64,000 bases of DNA from Acidobacteriota bacterium. Lineage in GTDB: Bacteria; Acidobacteriota; Terriglobia; Bryobacterales; Bryobacteraceae. Within the stretch, counting starts at the first letter, position 1, and each line of letters begins with the position of its first letter. The stretch spans positions 8,158 to 72,157 of the forward strand of contig JBMOMB010000045.1 of the NCBI GenBank assembly GCA_049325215.1, given 5' to 3'. The position numbers and the translations under genes were made by a program. Positions 40,836 to 49,597 of this stretch are shown here, one piece after another. Under the pieces are notes generated by a model. It searched no databases and had not been told where the DNA came from. It saw only the letters and a program-made list of their open reading frames with translations.

Positions 40836-42763
40836 GCAAGGGCGATGGTGAAAGTATACGTCCCGCGGGCGGGCGGCGCTTGCAGGCGGATGCGGATGCG
40901 GCGCACCACCGGCCCCCAGATGGGGCGGAGACGCGCGTCTTCCGAGCTGTGCTCGTCGATCTGCGCCTGCAACGCGGGATCGAAGGACAACGCGTAGCGC
41001 GAGTCGAGAACCACGCGGCCCGCGCCTTCAACCCTGGGCGCGCGGTTCGTGATGAAATTCCACTCAACCGCTTCGCGGCGCCCGAGTTCGAACTCGTCGC
41101 GCAGCAGGACACGGTTCGCTTTCCGGTCGAGCGTGAGACCGCGGAGCCACCGGGTGCAGCCGGCTTCCGGCGGGTAGGCCGCCTGGATCTCAAGAGAAAC
41201 GCTGCCGGGCTGGGCGCGGAAGTTGCGGGCTTCGAACTGCCGTCCGGCCCGCTGCATCTGGCCGTTGATCGTCGGGCAGTTGTGCCAGGCCGACTGCATG
41301 GTCCAGATGTCATAGCGCTGCGGGGAGAAAGTCCTGGCCGAATAGGTCTCCACTCCGATGTCGATCAGGACGGGCTCGCCATCGCAGAAGACGACGAAGT
41401 TGCCGACGTCGTTGTGGTTGTGGCTTTCAGCGTTGTGTCCGCCCTGCGCGGCGGCGTAGAAGCCGCGGTCCGAACCCTCCTGGATGCGCGCGGCAAAGAC
41501 TTGCGTGCCGGGCAGATTCACGTCAGCGACGAGCGGCGGGCGGGCGGAGCGCGACGCGGTTCTGATGCCTTCGTAGTGGAAGAGCGCCTGCAGGGAGCGC
41601 CACATCGATTCGTGCACGGCGAGCCGCCGCGGCTCCGGTTCGAGCGAGGCCAGCCACGCGCCGAACGCCTGCATCCGTTCATCGCGCACTCGCTGCCCGT
41701 AGCGCCAGACGAGCACAGGGTCGGGGCGCACCTTGGCGGAAGCGTCGGCGAAGTTGAGATACCAGGGCCCGGCGATGTGGGCGCGGTAGATGTAGGCGCC
41801 CATTTCGCGGATCAGCGGCATGTCGTAGACGTCCACGGCCCCGCCCGAAGCCGACCGCAGCAGCTCCAGCGCGTCGAACAGCGATGCGCCCGCGCGGCTC
41901 CAGTAACCCGGCCCTTCGTCGCAGCCGCCGTCGTCGTGGTAGACGTCGAGAAACGCATCGAGCGAGCGGACGATCCTGGCCAGCGCGGCGGCGCGGCGCT
42001 CCGCGTCCGTTTCGATCAGCAGCACGGAGCTGAGCCAGTTGGAATTGATCCAGGGGTTCCAGTTGTTGACGGCGCGCGTGCCCGAGAAGCCGAGCCACCA
42101 GAAGTCGTCCCGCTGGAGGCACGGATCGAGAATCCGGCGCCGGATCTCGCCGTGGATGCGCGGCCGGACGAGCTTTGAAGTTCGGTCGAGCTGCGGCCCG
42201 AGCAGGTAGTCGATCCAGGCCAGTGTGGCGGACGTCTCGGCGGCGAACAGATCGACGATGGGTTCGCTGATGTCAGGAAGGGTGTTGCCCGCATTCTGCG
42301 CGCCGACGTGTGCCGGCACGCCCCAGAACGACTCCTCGCAGGTGAGCCAGACCCCATCGAGCACCTCGTCGAGGAACCGTCCGCGTCCGTCGATGCATTC
42401 CGCCAGCGCCGCCAGCGTGAGCCGGTCGCGGCGCGCGCGGCGCACTCTCTCGTAGTTGGAGCGGACTCCATGGCGCGCGTAGTCGAGAAAGAGGCTGGCG
42501 GGCAGCGAGGGCCACGGCTGGCCGAGCTGTTCCTCAGCCGCTGTGACAACGGAGGTCTTCAGCTCCAGCGGTAGCGATTGCCACCCGTCGCGTTCACCGG
42601 CGGCGGGCCAGGGGCGCCACTCCGCGCGGACGCGGATGGAGCGCCGCAGGAGATCGGCGGGGATGCGCGATTGAAGCCGCTTCTTCTCGGACGGCGCCGG
42701 GCGCTGCTGTGCGAGAGCGAGCGCGGGCGAGGCAAGGAAGGCGCGGCGGCTGAAGACGCTCAT
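40832..42763 (-). CDS. Heparinase II/III-family protein (Tat-exported polysaccharide lyase-like)
   Basis: 643-aa ORF with a twin-arginine signal (MSVFSRRAFLASPALALAQ), an alpha/alpha toroid-like N-terminal half and the Hepar_II_III signature region (GGHNAESHNHNDVGNFVVFCDGEPVLIDIG). Confidence 0.85.
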   Translation of the reverse strand: MSVFSRRAFLASPALALAQQRPAPSEKKRLQSRIPADLLRRSIRVRAEWRPWPAAGERDGWQSLPLELKTSVVTAAEEQLGQPWPSLPASLFLDYARHGVRSNYERVRRARRDRLTLAALAECIDGRGRFLDEVLDGVWLTCEESFWGVPAHVGAQNAGNTLPDISEPIVDLFAAETSATLAWIDYLLGPQLDRTSKLVRPRIHGEIRRRILDPCLQRDDFWWLGFSGTRAVNNWNPWINSNWLSSVLLIETDAERRAAALARIVRSLDAFLDVYHDDGGCDEGPGYWSRAGASLFDALELLRSASGGAVDVYDMPLIREMGAYIYRAHIAGPWYLNFADASAKVRPDPVLVWRYGQRVRDERMQAFGAWLASLEPEPRRLAVHESMWRSLQALFHYEGIRTASRSARPPLVADVNLPGTQVFAARIQEGSDRGFYAAAQGGHNAESHNHNDVGNFVVFCDGEPVLIDIGVETYSARTFSPQRYDIWTMQSAWHNCPTINGQMQRAGRQFEARNFRAQPGSVSLEIQAAYPPEAGCTRWLRGLTLDRKANRVLLRDEFELGRREAVEWNFITNRAPRVEGAGRVVLDSRYALSFDPALQAQIDEHSSEDARLRPIWGPVVRRIRIRLQAPPARGTYTFTIALA

Positions 42764-42818
42764 GCGAGGAATCTATCGCACTTCCGGCCGCCGGGCCAAG
42801 CGTGGATACTGGAACAGA

Positions 42819-43271
42819 ATGAAGCTGGTGTTGATGGTGGGCTTGCCGGGTTCGGGCAAGACGACCTGGCTGGAGAAGCAGGGCATCCGGGCGATTTCGA
42901 GCGACCGCATGCGGGCGCTGCTCACCGGCGATGAAGCCAACCAGAACGTCAACCGTCTCGTGTTCCGTCTGATGCGCGAGCTGGTGAGGATGCGCGCGGC
43001 GGCGGGAGCGGAGGAGACCTGGATCGACGCCACGTCGATCACGCGGCGGGAGCGGCGGGCGTGGATCCGGCTGGCGGAACTGCTCGGTTGCGAGATCGAG
43101 GCTGTCTACATGGACGTCCCGCTGGAAGAATGCAGGCGGCGGAACCGGTTGCGGGAGCGCGTGGTGCCGGAAGAGGCGATGGACCGCATGGCGGCGCGCC
43201 TGGAGCCGCCGCGGGAAGAGGAGGGCTTCAGCCGGATCGCCGTGGTCCGCGAAGGAACGGCGCCTGCTTAG
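42819..43271 (+). CDS. AAA_33/polynucleotide-kinase-like P-loop kinase
   Basis: The track ORF 42762..43271 is trimmed to the ATG at 42819 (MKLVLMVGLPGSGKTTWLE, Walker A). The 150-aa product has the DAT..RRER pattern of the small kinase family. Confidence 0.75.
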   Translation: MKLVLMVGLPGSGKTTWLEKQGIRAISSDRMRALLTGDEANQNVNRLVFRLMRELVRMRAAAGAEETWIDATSITRRERRAWIRLAELLGCEIEAVYMDVPLEECRRRNRLRERVVPEEAMDRMAARLEPPREEEGFSRIAVVREGTAPA

Positions 43272-44551
43272 CGCGAGTCTCCAGCCGCCCCGCGCGCCCG
43301 CCGTTGCGCCGCTGCCCACAGGATTGCAGGCAACAGGCCTAACGACCCGGAGACCGCGGTCAGCAGGCGCACGGGCGCCCCCATGTCTACCAGCTCTCCG
43401 GCGGCGAAGCTGACGGCGCTCATCGTGAGAAACAGGCCGGCGAAATCGGCCGAAAACACGCGCCCGCGGAATTCGTCATCGGTCATCTTGTGCAGCAGCG
43501 TGGTCGAGAAGACCCACGCCATGGATCCTCCGGCATGCCCGATGGCGACATAGACGCAGGCCAGCCACAGCGTGGGCGCAAAGCCCAGCGCAGCGTAGGC
43601 AGCGGCGTTGATCAGAAAAGCGAACGTGATCCCGGAGCGCATCTTGTCTTCGTCGTTTTTCGCCCAGTAGCCCGAAGCGAACGACCCGATGAAGGCGCCC
43701 AGTCCGCGCGCGCTGAACAGCAGGCTCATGCTGAGCGCGCCGCTGCCCTCGATGGGAAAGATGCGTTCGCCGAACACCGGCAGCAGCACCCAGTGCGCAC
43801 CCGTGAGGCCCATGCCCGCTTTCACGAGCAGCGTAGACAGACGTCCGGCATGGCCGCGCACATACTGGACGCCGTCCCAGATGGGTTTGAAGTCGAACAG
43901 GTCGCGCAACCGGAAAGGCGGCAGGTTGTCGGCGTGCGTCTCGCGCACGCGCATGGCCGCCAGCAGCAGGGCGGAGACGCCGAAGGAGGCGGCGTTGATC
44001 AAGAATACCGACGTGCGGCCGAACTTCCACAGCACCAGGCCCCCGAGGCCGCTGCCCAGCGCCAGATTGATCGCCCAGGTGGAGGACGACAGGGCGTTGG
44101 CCACCAGCAGCTTGTCCTTCGACCTGACGATGTTCGGGATGAGCGCGGTGCGTCCGGGCTCGAACAGCGCCCACATCACGGTTTCCGTGAACAGCAGCAC
44201 CCAGACCAGCCACACCATCTCCGCCGTGGTCACCAGCATCATGCCGAGCACGATGAAGAGGCGCGCGATGTCGGCGGCGATCATGAGGGCGCGGCGGTTC
44301 AGCCGGTCGTTGAGCACGCCGGCGGTAGGCGCCACCAGCACCTGCGGCAGCAGTTGCAGCACGACGGCGATGCCGACGCTTTCCGCCCTGCCGGTGAGTT
44401 GCAGCAGCAGCGAATACACGGCCACGGCGTAGAGCCAGTCGCCCAGTTCGCTGACCACCTGGGCCGACCACAGCAGGCGGAAGTCGCGGTTTTCGCCGAG
44501 CAGGCGCAGGTAAGCGGCGAAGGAGAACGACGGTGCGACCGCGGCTTCCAT
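43268..44551 (-). CDS. MFS transporter
   Basis: 427-aa ORF with about 12 predicted hydrophobic helices and an MFS-like loop motif (GVLNDRLNRR). It starts 6 nt after the trpS stop. Confidence 0.9.
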   Translation of the reverse strand: MEAAVAPSFSFAAYLRLLGENRDFRLLWSAQVVSELGDWLYAVAVYSLLLQLTGRAESVGIAVVLQLLPQVLVAPTAGVLNDRLNRRALMIAADIARLFIVLGMMLVTTAEMVWLVWVLLFTETVMWALFEPGRTALIPNIVRSKDKLLVANALSSSTWAINLALGSGLGGLVLWKFGRTSVFLINAASFGVSALLLAAMRVRETHADNLPPFRLRDLFDFKPIWDGVQYVRGHAGRLSTLLVKAGMGLTGAHWVLLPVFGERIFPIEGSGALSMSLLFSARGLGAFIGSFASGYWAKNDEDKMRSGITFAFLINAAAYAALGFAPTLWLACVYVAIGHAGGSMAWVFSTTLLHKMTDDEFRGRVFSADFAGLFLTMSAVSFAAGELVDMGAPVRLLTAVSGSLGLLPAILWAAAQRRARGAAGDSR

Positions 44552-44557
44552 GCGCGG

Positions 44558-45544
44558 CTAGTCCGTGTAGATGCCCATGCGCTCTTTGACGAGGCGGACC
44601 GTCGAGTTGGCAACGGGCGAGACGCGCTCGGCGGACTCGCGCAGAATGCGTTTCAGATAGCCCGGCTCTTCCGTGATTTCACGGTAGCGCTGCTGGATGG
44701 GTTCGAGACCTGCGACAACGGCTTCGGCGACGGTCTTTTTCAGATCCCCGTAGCGCATGCCGGCGAAGTGCGCCCTCATCTGTTCGTCCGTCCAGCCGGT
44801 GAACGCCTGGTGGATGGTCAGCAGATTGGCCACGCCGGGGCCGAGATTGTCGAAGTCGACGCCGGGCAGCGAATCGGTGGTGGCGCGCATGATCTTCTTC
44901 CGGATCAGCGCCGGCGGATCGAGCAGGCCCACGGCGTGGTAGGCGTTCGTCTCGGACTTGCTCATTTTCTTCGTCGGATCGTCGAGTCCCATGATCCGCG
45001 CGCCCACCGAAGGAAGGCGCGTCTCCGGCATCACGAACGTCTCGCCATAGAGTGCGTTGAAGCGCTGGGCGATGTCGCGGGTGAGCTCGAGATGTTGCGT
45101 CTGGTCCTCACCGACGGGCACGACGTTGGCCTGGTAGAGCAGGATGTCGGCGGCCATCAACACCGGGTACTGGAGCAGCCCGTCGCCGACGGATTCCTGC
45201 TTCGCCGCCTTGTCCTTGAACTGCGTCATCCGTTCGAGCCAGCCGAGCGGGGTCACGCAGGTGAGCAGCCAGCACAGCTCGGCGTGGGCGGGCACGCTGG
45301 ACTGGATCACGATGGAGCTGATCGCCGGGTCGATGCCGGCGGCGAGAAACAGCGCCGCCGTCTGCTCGATCTTCGAGCGCAGCTCGGCCGGCTCCTGGTA
45401 CACCGTGATGGCGTGCAGGTCGACGATGCAGAACACGCACTCGTAGTCGTGCTGGAGGCGGACCCAGTTCTTCAAGGCGCCGAGATAGTTGCCGATGTGG
45501 AGATTTCCGGTCGGCTGGATGCCGGACAGAACTCTTGGTTTCAT
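44558..45544 (-). CDS. trpS: Tryptophan-tRNA ligase TrpS
   Basis: 328-aa ORF with the class I motifs GIQPTGNLHIGNYLG (HIGH) and KMSKS. Confidence 0.97.
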   Translation of the reverse strand: MKPRVLSGIQPTGNLHIGNYLGALKNWVRLQHDYECVFCIVDLHAITVYQEPAELRSKIEQTAALFLAAGIDPAISSIVIQSSVPAHAELCWLLTCVTPLGWLERMTQFKDKAAKQESVGDGLLQYPVLMAADILLYQANVVPVGEDQTQHLELTRDIAQRFNALYGETFVMPETRLPSVGARIMGLDDPTKKMSKSETNAYHAVGLLDPPALIRKKIMRATTDSLPGVDFDNLGPGVANLLTIHQAFTGWTDEQMRAHFAGMRYGDLKKTVAEAVVAGLEPIQQRYREITEEPGYLKRILRESAERVSPVANSTVRLVKERMGIYTD

Positions 45545-45588
45545 GCTGAAGTGAAAACGAAGGGCTCCTATTATCGTAAAGGACGGGC

Positions 45589-46788
45589 ATGGACCAAGTA
45601 AAAATCGAGAAGTGGGTGTACGGGGGCGCGGGGCTGGCGCGCACGGAGGAAGGCGTAGTGCTGGCGCCGTTCGTCTTGCCCGGCGAGGTGATGAAGCTCG
45701 GCGCCATGCGGCGCCGCGCGGGAGTGGTCGAGGCGCGGGCGGCGGAGATCGTCGAACGGAACCCCGGGCGGATCGAGCCGGCGTGCGCGGTCTTCGGCCG
45801 CTGCGGCGGCTGCCACTACCAGATGGCGCCGTACGAATTTCAGATCGAAGCCAAGGTGGCCATCCTGCGCGAAGTGCTCGGCCGTGTGGGGAAGCTGAAC
45901 GCGCCGGAGGAGATCGGCGTGGTGCGGGGCGAGCCCTGGGGCTACCGCAACCGCAGCCAGTTTCATTTCGGCAATCACACGCTGGGCTACAAAATGGCGG
46001 GTTCGGACAAGGTCGTGGACGTCGAGGAGTGCCCCATCTCGGCGCCGGCGGTCAACGCGGCGTTGAAGGCGCTGCGCGCGGCGCGGCGGGACCGGCGGTT
46101 CCCGCGGTTCCTGAAACAGGTGGAGCTGTTCACCAACGGCGAGCAGACGATGGTGAACGTGCTCGAGACCGAACAGGGGCGCGGGGTGGCGCGGGGATTC
46201 TTCGCGTGGCTGGGCGAGCGGATACCTGGCGCGGCGGACGGCGAGCTCATCTACGAAGCCTGCGGCGCACGGTTCCGGGTGAGCCACAAGTCGTTCTTCC
46301 AGGTGAACCGCTTTCTCATCGAACCGCTGGTGGAGTGCGCGCTGGAAGGAGCGCAGGGCGAAGAGGGGCTGGACCTGTACGCGGGCGTGGGGCTGTTCAC
46401 CGTTCCGCTGGCGCGGCGGATGAGGAAGGTGACAGGGGTGGAGAGCGACGGCAGCGCCGCGCGCGACCTCGAGTTCAATCTCGCCGCCGCAGGCGTGGCG
46501 GCTGAGGCGCGGCGCATGCAGGCGGAGCAATATCTGGAGAACCTGACAAAACGGCCGGATTTTGTTCTGGCCGACCCGCCCCGCGCCGGGCTGGGCAGGC
46601 GCGTGGTGCAGCAGCTTCTGCGGCTGCGGCCGCCCCGGCTGCACATCGTGAGCTGCGATCCGGCGACGCTGGCGCGCGATCTGGCGGCGCTGTGCGCGGC
46701 GGACTATGAACTGGAAGGGCTCGCGCTGATCGACCTGTTCCCGCAGACGTACCACATCGAGACGGTGGCGCGGCTGCGGGCAAAGTGA
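45589..46788 (+). CDS. RumA/TrmA-family (uracil-5)-RNA methyltransferase with TRAM-like N-terminus and Fe-S Cys cluster
   Basis: 399-aa ORF with CAVFGRCGGCHYQ plus a distal ECPIS Cys, a SAM motif LDLYAGVGLF, and ADPPRAG and VSCDPATLARD motifs. Confidence 0.9.
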   Translation: MDQVKIEKWVYGGAGLARTEEGVVLAPFVLPGEVMKLGAMRRRAGVVEARAAEIVERNPGRIEPACAVFGRCGGCHYQMAPYEFQIEAKVAILREVLGRVGKLNAPEEIGVVRGEPWGYRNRSQFHFGNHTLGYKMAGSDKVVDVEECPISAPAVNAALKALRAARRDRRFPRFLKQVELFTNGEQTMVNVLETEQGRGVARGFFAWLGERIPGAADGELIYEACGARFRVSHKSFFQVNRFLIEPLVECALEGAQGEEGLDLYAGVGLFTVPLARRMRKVTGVESDGSAARDLEFNLAAAGVAAEARRMQAEQYLENLTKRPDFVLADPPRAGLGRRVVQQLLRLRPPRLHIVSCDPATLARDLAALCAADYELEGLALIDLFPQTYHIETVARLRAK

Positions 46789-46792
46789 GCGT

Positions 46793-48214
46793 TCAGAGGG
46801 CGCCGCCGTTGGCGTGGCCGTTGGCGTGGTTGCGCACGGGCTGGGGTTCGAGCGCCTCGATGAGAGCCGGCGCGAGGCCCGGGTCGAGTTGAAGGGCCTC
46901 CTTCCAGGCCGCCTGCGCTTCTTCCATGCGCTCGAGCGACGCGAGAGTGCTGCCGTAGTTGAACAGCAGCACCGGATCTTCAGAGCGCACGGAAAGAGCG
47001 AGGCGGTAGAGATCCGCGGCAGCCTCGTAGTCGCCCTGCTGCTGGAGCAGCGCGGCCACGGCGGAGCGGAGCTCGGCGATTTCCGGGTCATTCGTGGAGG
47101 CGCCCATCTCCAGGGCTTTGTCGAGGGACCGGCGGGCCTCCGCCATGTTTCCGGTCTCGGCCTGGATCAAGCCAAGCCGGACCACGGCCGCCGGGACGGC
47201 CTGAGGCGAGTCGGCCAGCGCTTCCAGGATCGCCTTGGCCTGCTCCGCCTTTCCAGCCATGCGAAGCGACTCCGCCATCGCCAGCCGGGATCCGGTGTGC
47301 CGGCCATCCGCCTGCAAAGCCGACAGAAACGCGTCCGCCGCCTCCGTGTAGCGTCCCAACCGGAACAGGCAGGCCCCCACGTGATACCACGGCTCGAGGA
47401 AGGCCGGCGCAGCGGCAGCCAGTTCGCGAAAAGCGGCCAGCGCCTCCTCGTATCGCCCTGCGGCGAAGTCCGCGTGGGCGAGCGCTTCCCTGGCAGGCAG
47501 CGAGCCCGGAGAGAGAGCCGAGACGCGCATCGCCAGCCGTCTGACATGCTCCCATTCGGCCGACTCGACCGCAGCCGACAGGGCGTTGAGCAGCGTCTCT
47601 TCGCGCTCGGGCGCGGCCTCCAGCAACTGGAGATAGAGCGCCAGAGCTTCGGAAGCCTTGCCCTGCATCTGAAAGGCTGCCGCCTTCCCGAACACGGCGG
47701 GAACATAGCCGGGCCGAAGGCTCAGGCAGTGCCCGAATGCGGAAGCCGCCTCGGCGAGCCGCTCGAGGTGCAGGAGCGAAGTTCCCAGCAAGTGCCATGC
47801 TTCGGCATGAGATGGCGTAAGCACGACAGCGCGCTGGAGCGCATCGGCCGCGGGCAGCCACTGGCGGAGGCGGAGATGGCAGAGCCCTTCGTTGAACGCC
47901 GCATACGGATGGTCGGGCTGGCACTGGCTCAGGCGGTGATAGAGATACGCAGCGCGCGCCAGGTCGCCCGTTTCGAAACACAATTGCGCTCCCAGCAACA
48001 GGGCGTCCGCGTTGTCGTGCGCAAGAGCGGGTTCCAGCGCGGTCAATGCGGCGGAGGGCTGGGAGCGGAGCCAGTGGCGGACCGCCTCCACCATGGCTGG
48101 TTCCGCTGCGGCGCGAGCGGCCAGACCAGAGTGGGATGGCGCGGCGGCGAACAGGGTCCTTGCCAGTTCGTCGTCGACGATCCAGAGCCAGGAGTCAGCG
48201 GGCAAAGGTGTCAT
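46793..48214 (-). CDS. TPR-repeat protein
   Basis: The track ORF is trimmed to the ATG at 48214 (GGGAGAG SD; 4 nt after the upstream stop). The 473-aa product has many TPR-like A/L/Y-rich helical repeats. Confidence 0.8.
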   Translation of the reverse strand: MTPLPADSWLWIVDDELARTLFAAAPSHSGLAARAAAEPAMVEAVRHWLRSQPSAALTALEPALAHDNADALLLGAQLCFETGDLARAAYLYHRLSQCQPDHPYAAFNEGLCHLRLRQWLPAADALQRAVVLTPSHAEAWHLLGTSLLHLERLAEAASAFGHCLSLRPGYVPAVFGKAAAFQMQGKASEALALYLQLLEAAPEREETLLNALSAAVESAEWEHVRRLAMRVSALSPGSLPAREALAHADFAAGRYEEALAAFRELAAAAPAFLEPWYHVGACLFRLGRYTEAADAFLSALQADGRHTGSRLAMAESLRMAGKAEQAKAILEALADSPQAVPAAVVRLGLIQAETGNMAEARRSLDKALEMGASTNDPEIAELRSAVAALLQQQGDYEAAADLYRLALSVRSEDPVLLFNYGSTLASLERMEEAQAAWKEALQLDPGLAPALIEALEPQPVRNHANGHANGGAL

Positions 48215-48218
48215 CGGT

Positions 48219-49454
48219 TTACTCTCCCGGGCGCCGGTTGGCGGCGCAGGTGGCCTGATTTCCCCGCGGTTGCGCCGGCTCGGCGAATGCCGCGGGCGGA
48301 GGAAGCAGCCTGTAGGCGGGATGATAGGGCATCGAGGCGGCCCTGGGCACATGCAGGGCCTTCAGGAACAGCAGCCGGTTCAACGCGGCCGGTTCGCGGG
48401 GCGGGAAGGCCGTTGCGGCCCCGGCCGGGCGCAGGTGGAGCGTGCGCAAGGGCATCCTGTGCATCCGGAACGGCTGTACGGGAGCCGCATGCTCATCCAG
48501 CGGCGCCAGGGAGACCGGGGCGCTTGTCCGGACACCCAGGCGCGGCCCCAGGCCCGCGGGCCGCGGGCGGCGGAGCACGGCAGGCGGCTGCCAGCGGCTC
48601 CGGATGCCGGGCGCACGATGTGCGCCAGAGAGCAGGTCAGCGGAACTCCATTCTACTGGTGTCGGCGGTATCTCCATGAGGATGCCGCGTGAGAGGCGGG
48701 CGCGCCGGTTCAGCAGCCGCCGCGCTGCCGCCTGGGACAGCGCTCCGGAGGGAGTGCTTTCCAGGAATGAAAAGACCAGCACGGAATTGGGCTCCTGAGA
48801 GGGGAACACAACAGGGGGGCGAACCTCTCCTCCGGACTCGCGCTGGAACAATTCGCCCAGAGGCGTCAACCACGAGGCGGCGACAACCGCGCCGTTCTGC
48901 CGGAAACCCGCCCTGGGCGGAGCGGTGCGGTGTGCCGGCGCCAGGATTGTTCTCCTCGGACGGAGAGGGCGGATGGCGGGTGCGGCCTGCTGCCTCTCCT
49001 CCACGGGCGCCAGCACTAGAGGCACTGGACCGGCGTGCGGGGCGGGGAATGCCGGCTCAAGGCCAGGGAACACGATGACCCGGATCACCGGATCGCCGGC
49101 GCCCGGCTCCTCCGGTGCTGCTTCGATCTCGCCGCTGCGGGCCGGCTCGAAATTCACCGGAAGCGCATCGAGCCGTACCAGCCTGTCTGAAAACCGGCCG
49201 AGCTGCGCCTCTACGGCGCAGTCTTGCGGCGGAGCGGTTCTGGATTCGAACGGCCGGCCCGTGTCATCCGGGCATACGGCGGGTGGTCCTGCCGGGGGCT
49301 GCTCTCCGGCCGCGCAGCCCTCCTCGAGCCTGCGTGCCGCTTCTTGCCTCGCTTTCGCATGCAGCCGGGCATGCTCACGGCAGCAGTAGCGGTATCCGTC
49401 CACCACGCGGTGGAGCCAGAGCAGCCGCCGGCCGCAATAGGCACAGGTGCGCAT
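48219..49454 (-). CDS. Hypothetical protein with N-terminal Cys-rich (zinc-ribbon-like) motif and Pro/Ala/Arg-rich body
   Basis: 411-aa ORF starting MRTCAYCGRRLLWLHRVVDGYRYCCREHARLH. Third codon positions are strongly G/C in this frame (read by eye). It is tightly coupled to the downstream TPR gene. Confidence 0.55.
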   Translation of the reverse strand: MRTCAYCGRRLLWLHRVVDGYRYCCREHARLHAKARQEAARRLEEGCAAGEQPPAGPPAVCPDDTGRPFESRTAPPQDCAVEAQLGRFSDRLVRLDALPVNFEPARSGEIEAAPEEPGAGDPVIRVIVFPGLEPAFPAPHAGPVPLVLAPVEERQQAAPAIRPLRPRRTILAPAHRTAPPRAGFRQNGAVVAASWLTPLGELFQRESGGEVRPPVVFPSQEPNSVLVFSFLESTPSGALSQAAARRLLNRRARLSRGILMEIPPTPVEWSSADLLSGAHRAPGIRSRWQPPAVLRRPRPAGLGPRLGVRTSAPVSLAPLDEHAAPVQPFRMHRMPLRTLHLRPAGAATAFPPREPAALNRLLFLKALHVPRAASMPYHPAYRLLPPPAAFAEPAQPRGNQATCAANRRPGE

Positions 49455-49597
49455 CCGAACGCCGGACTCCTTTTCGCTCCTCTATCGGCAGGATCAGGGA
49501 AAACCTTGATAACGCCCCCGAACACACCTGACAGGATCCGGGCGGCAACCCGCTTCTAATGGCTGGCTCGCCGCCTGCCGATGGAAGGGAGAAGGCC

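Noticed and set aside
43490-45601. 703-aa ORF antisense to the MFS transporter and trpS
   Set aside because: It is opposite trpS (HIGH/KMSKS motifs) and a 12-TM transporter, so it is a GC artefact.
45571-47091. 506-aa minus-strand ORF opposite the RumA/TrmA-type methyltransferase
   Set aside because: The plus strand has Fe-S Cys, SAM and catalytic motifs. The minus product is low-complexity.
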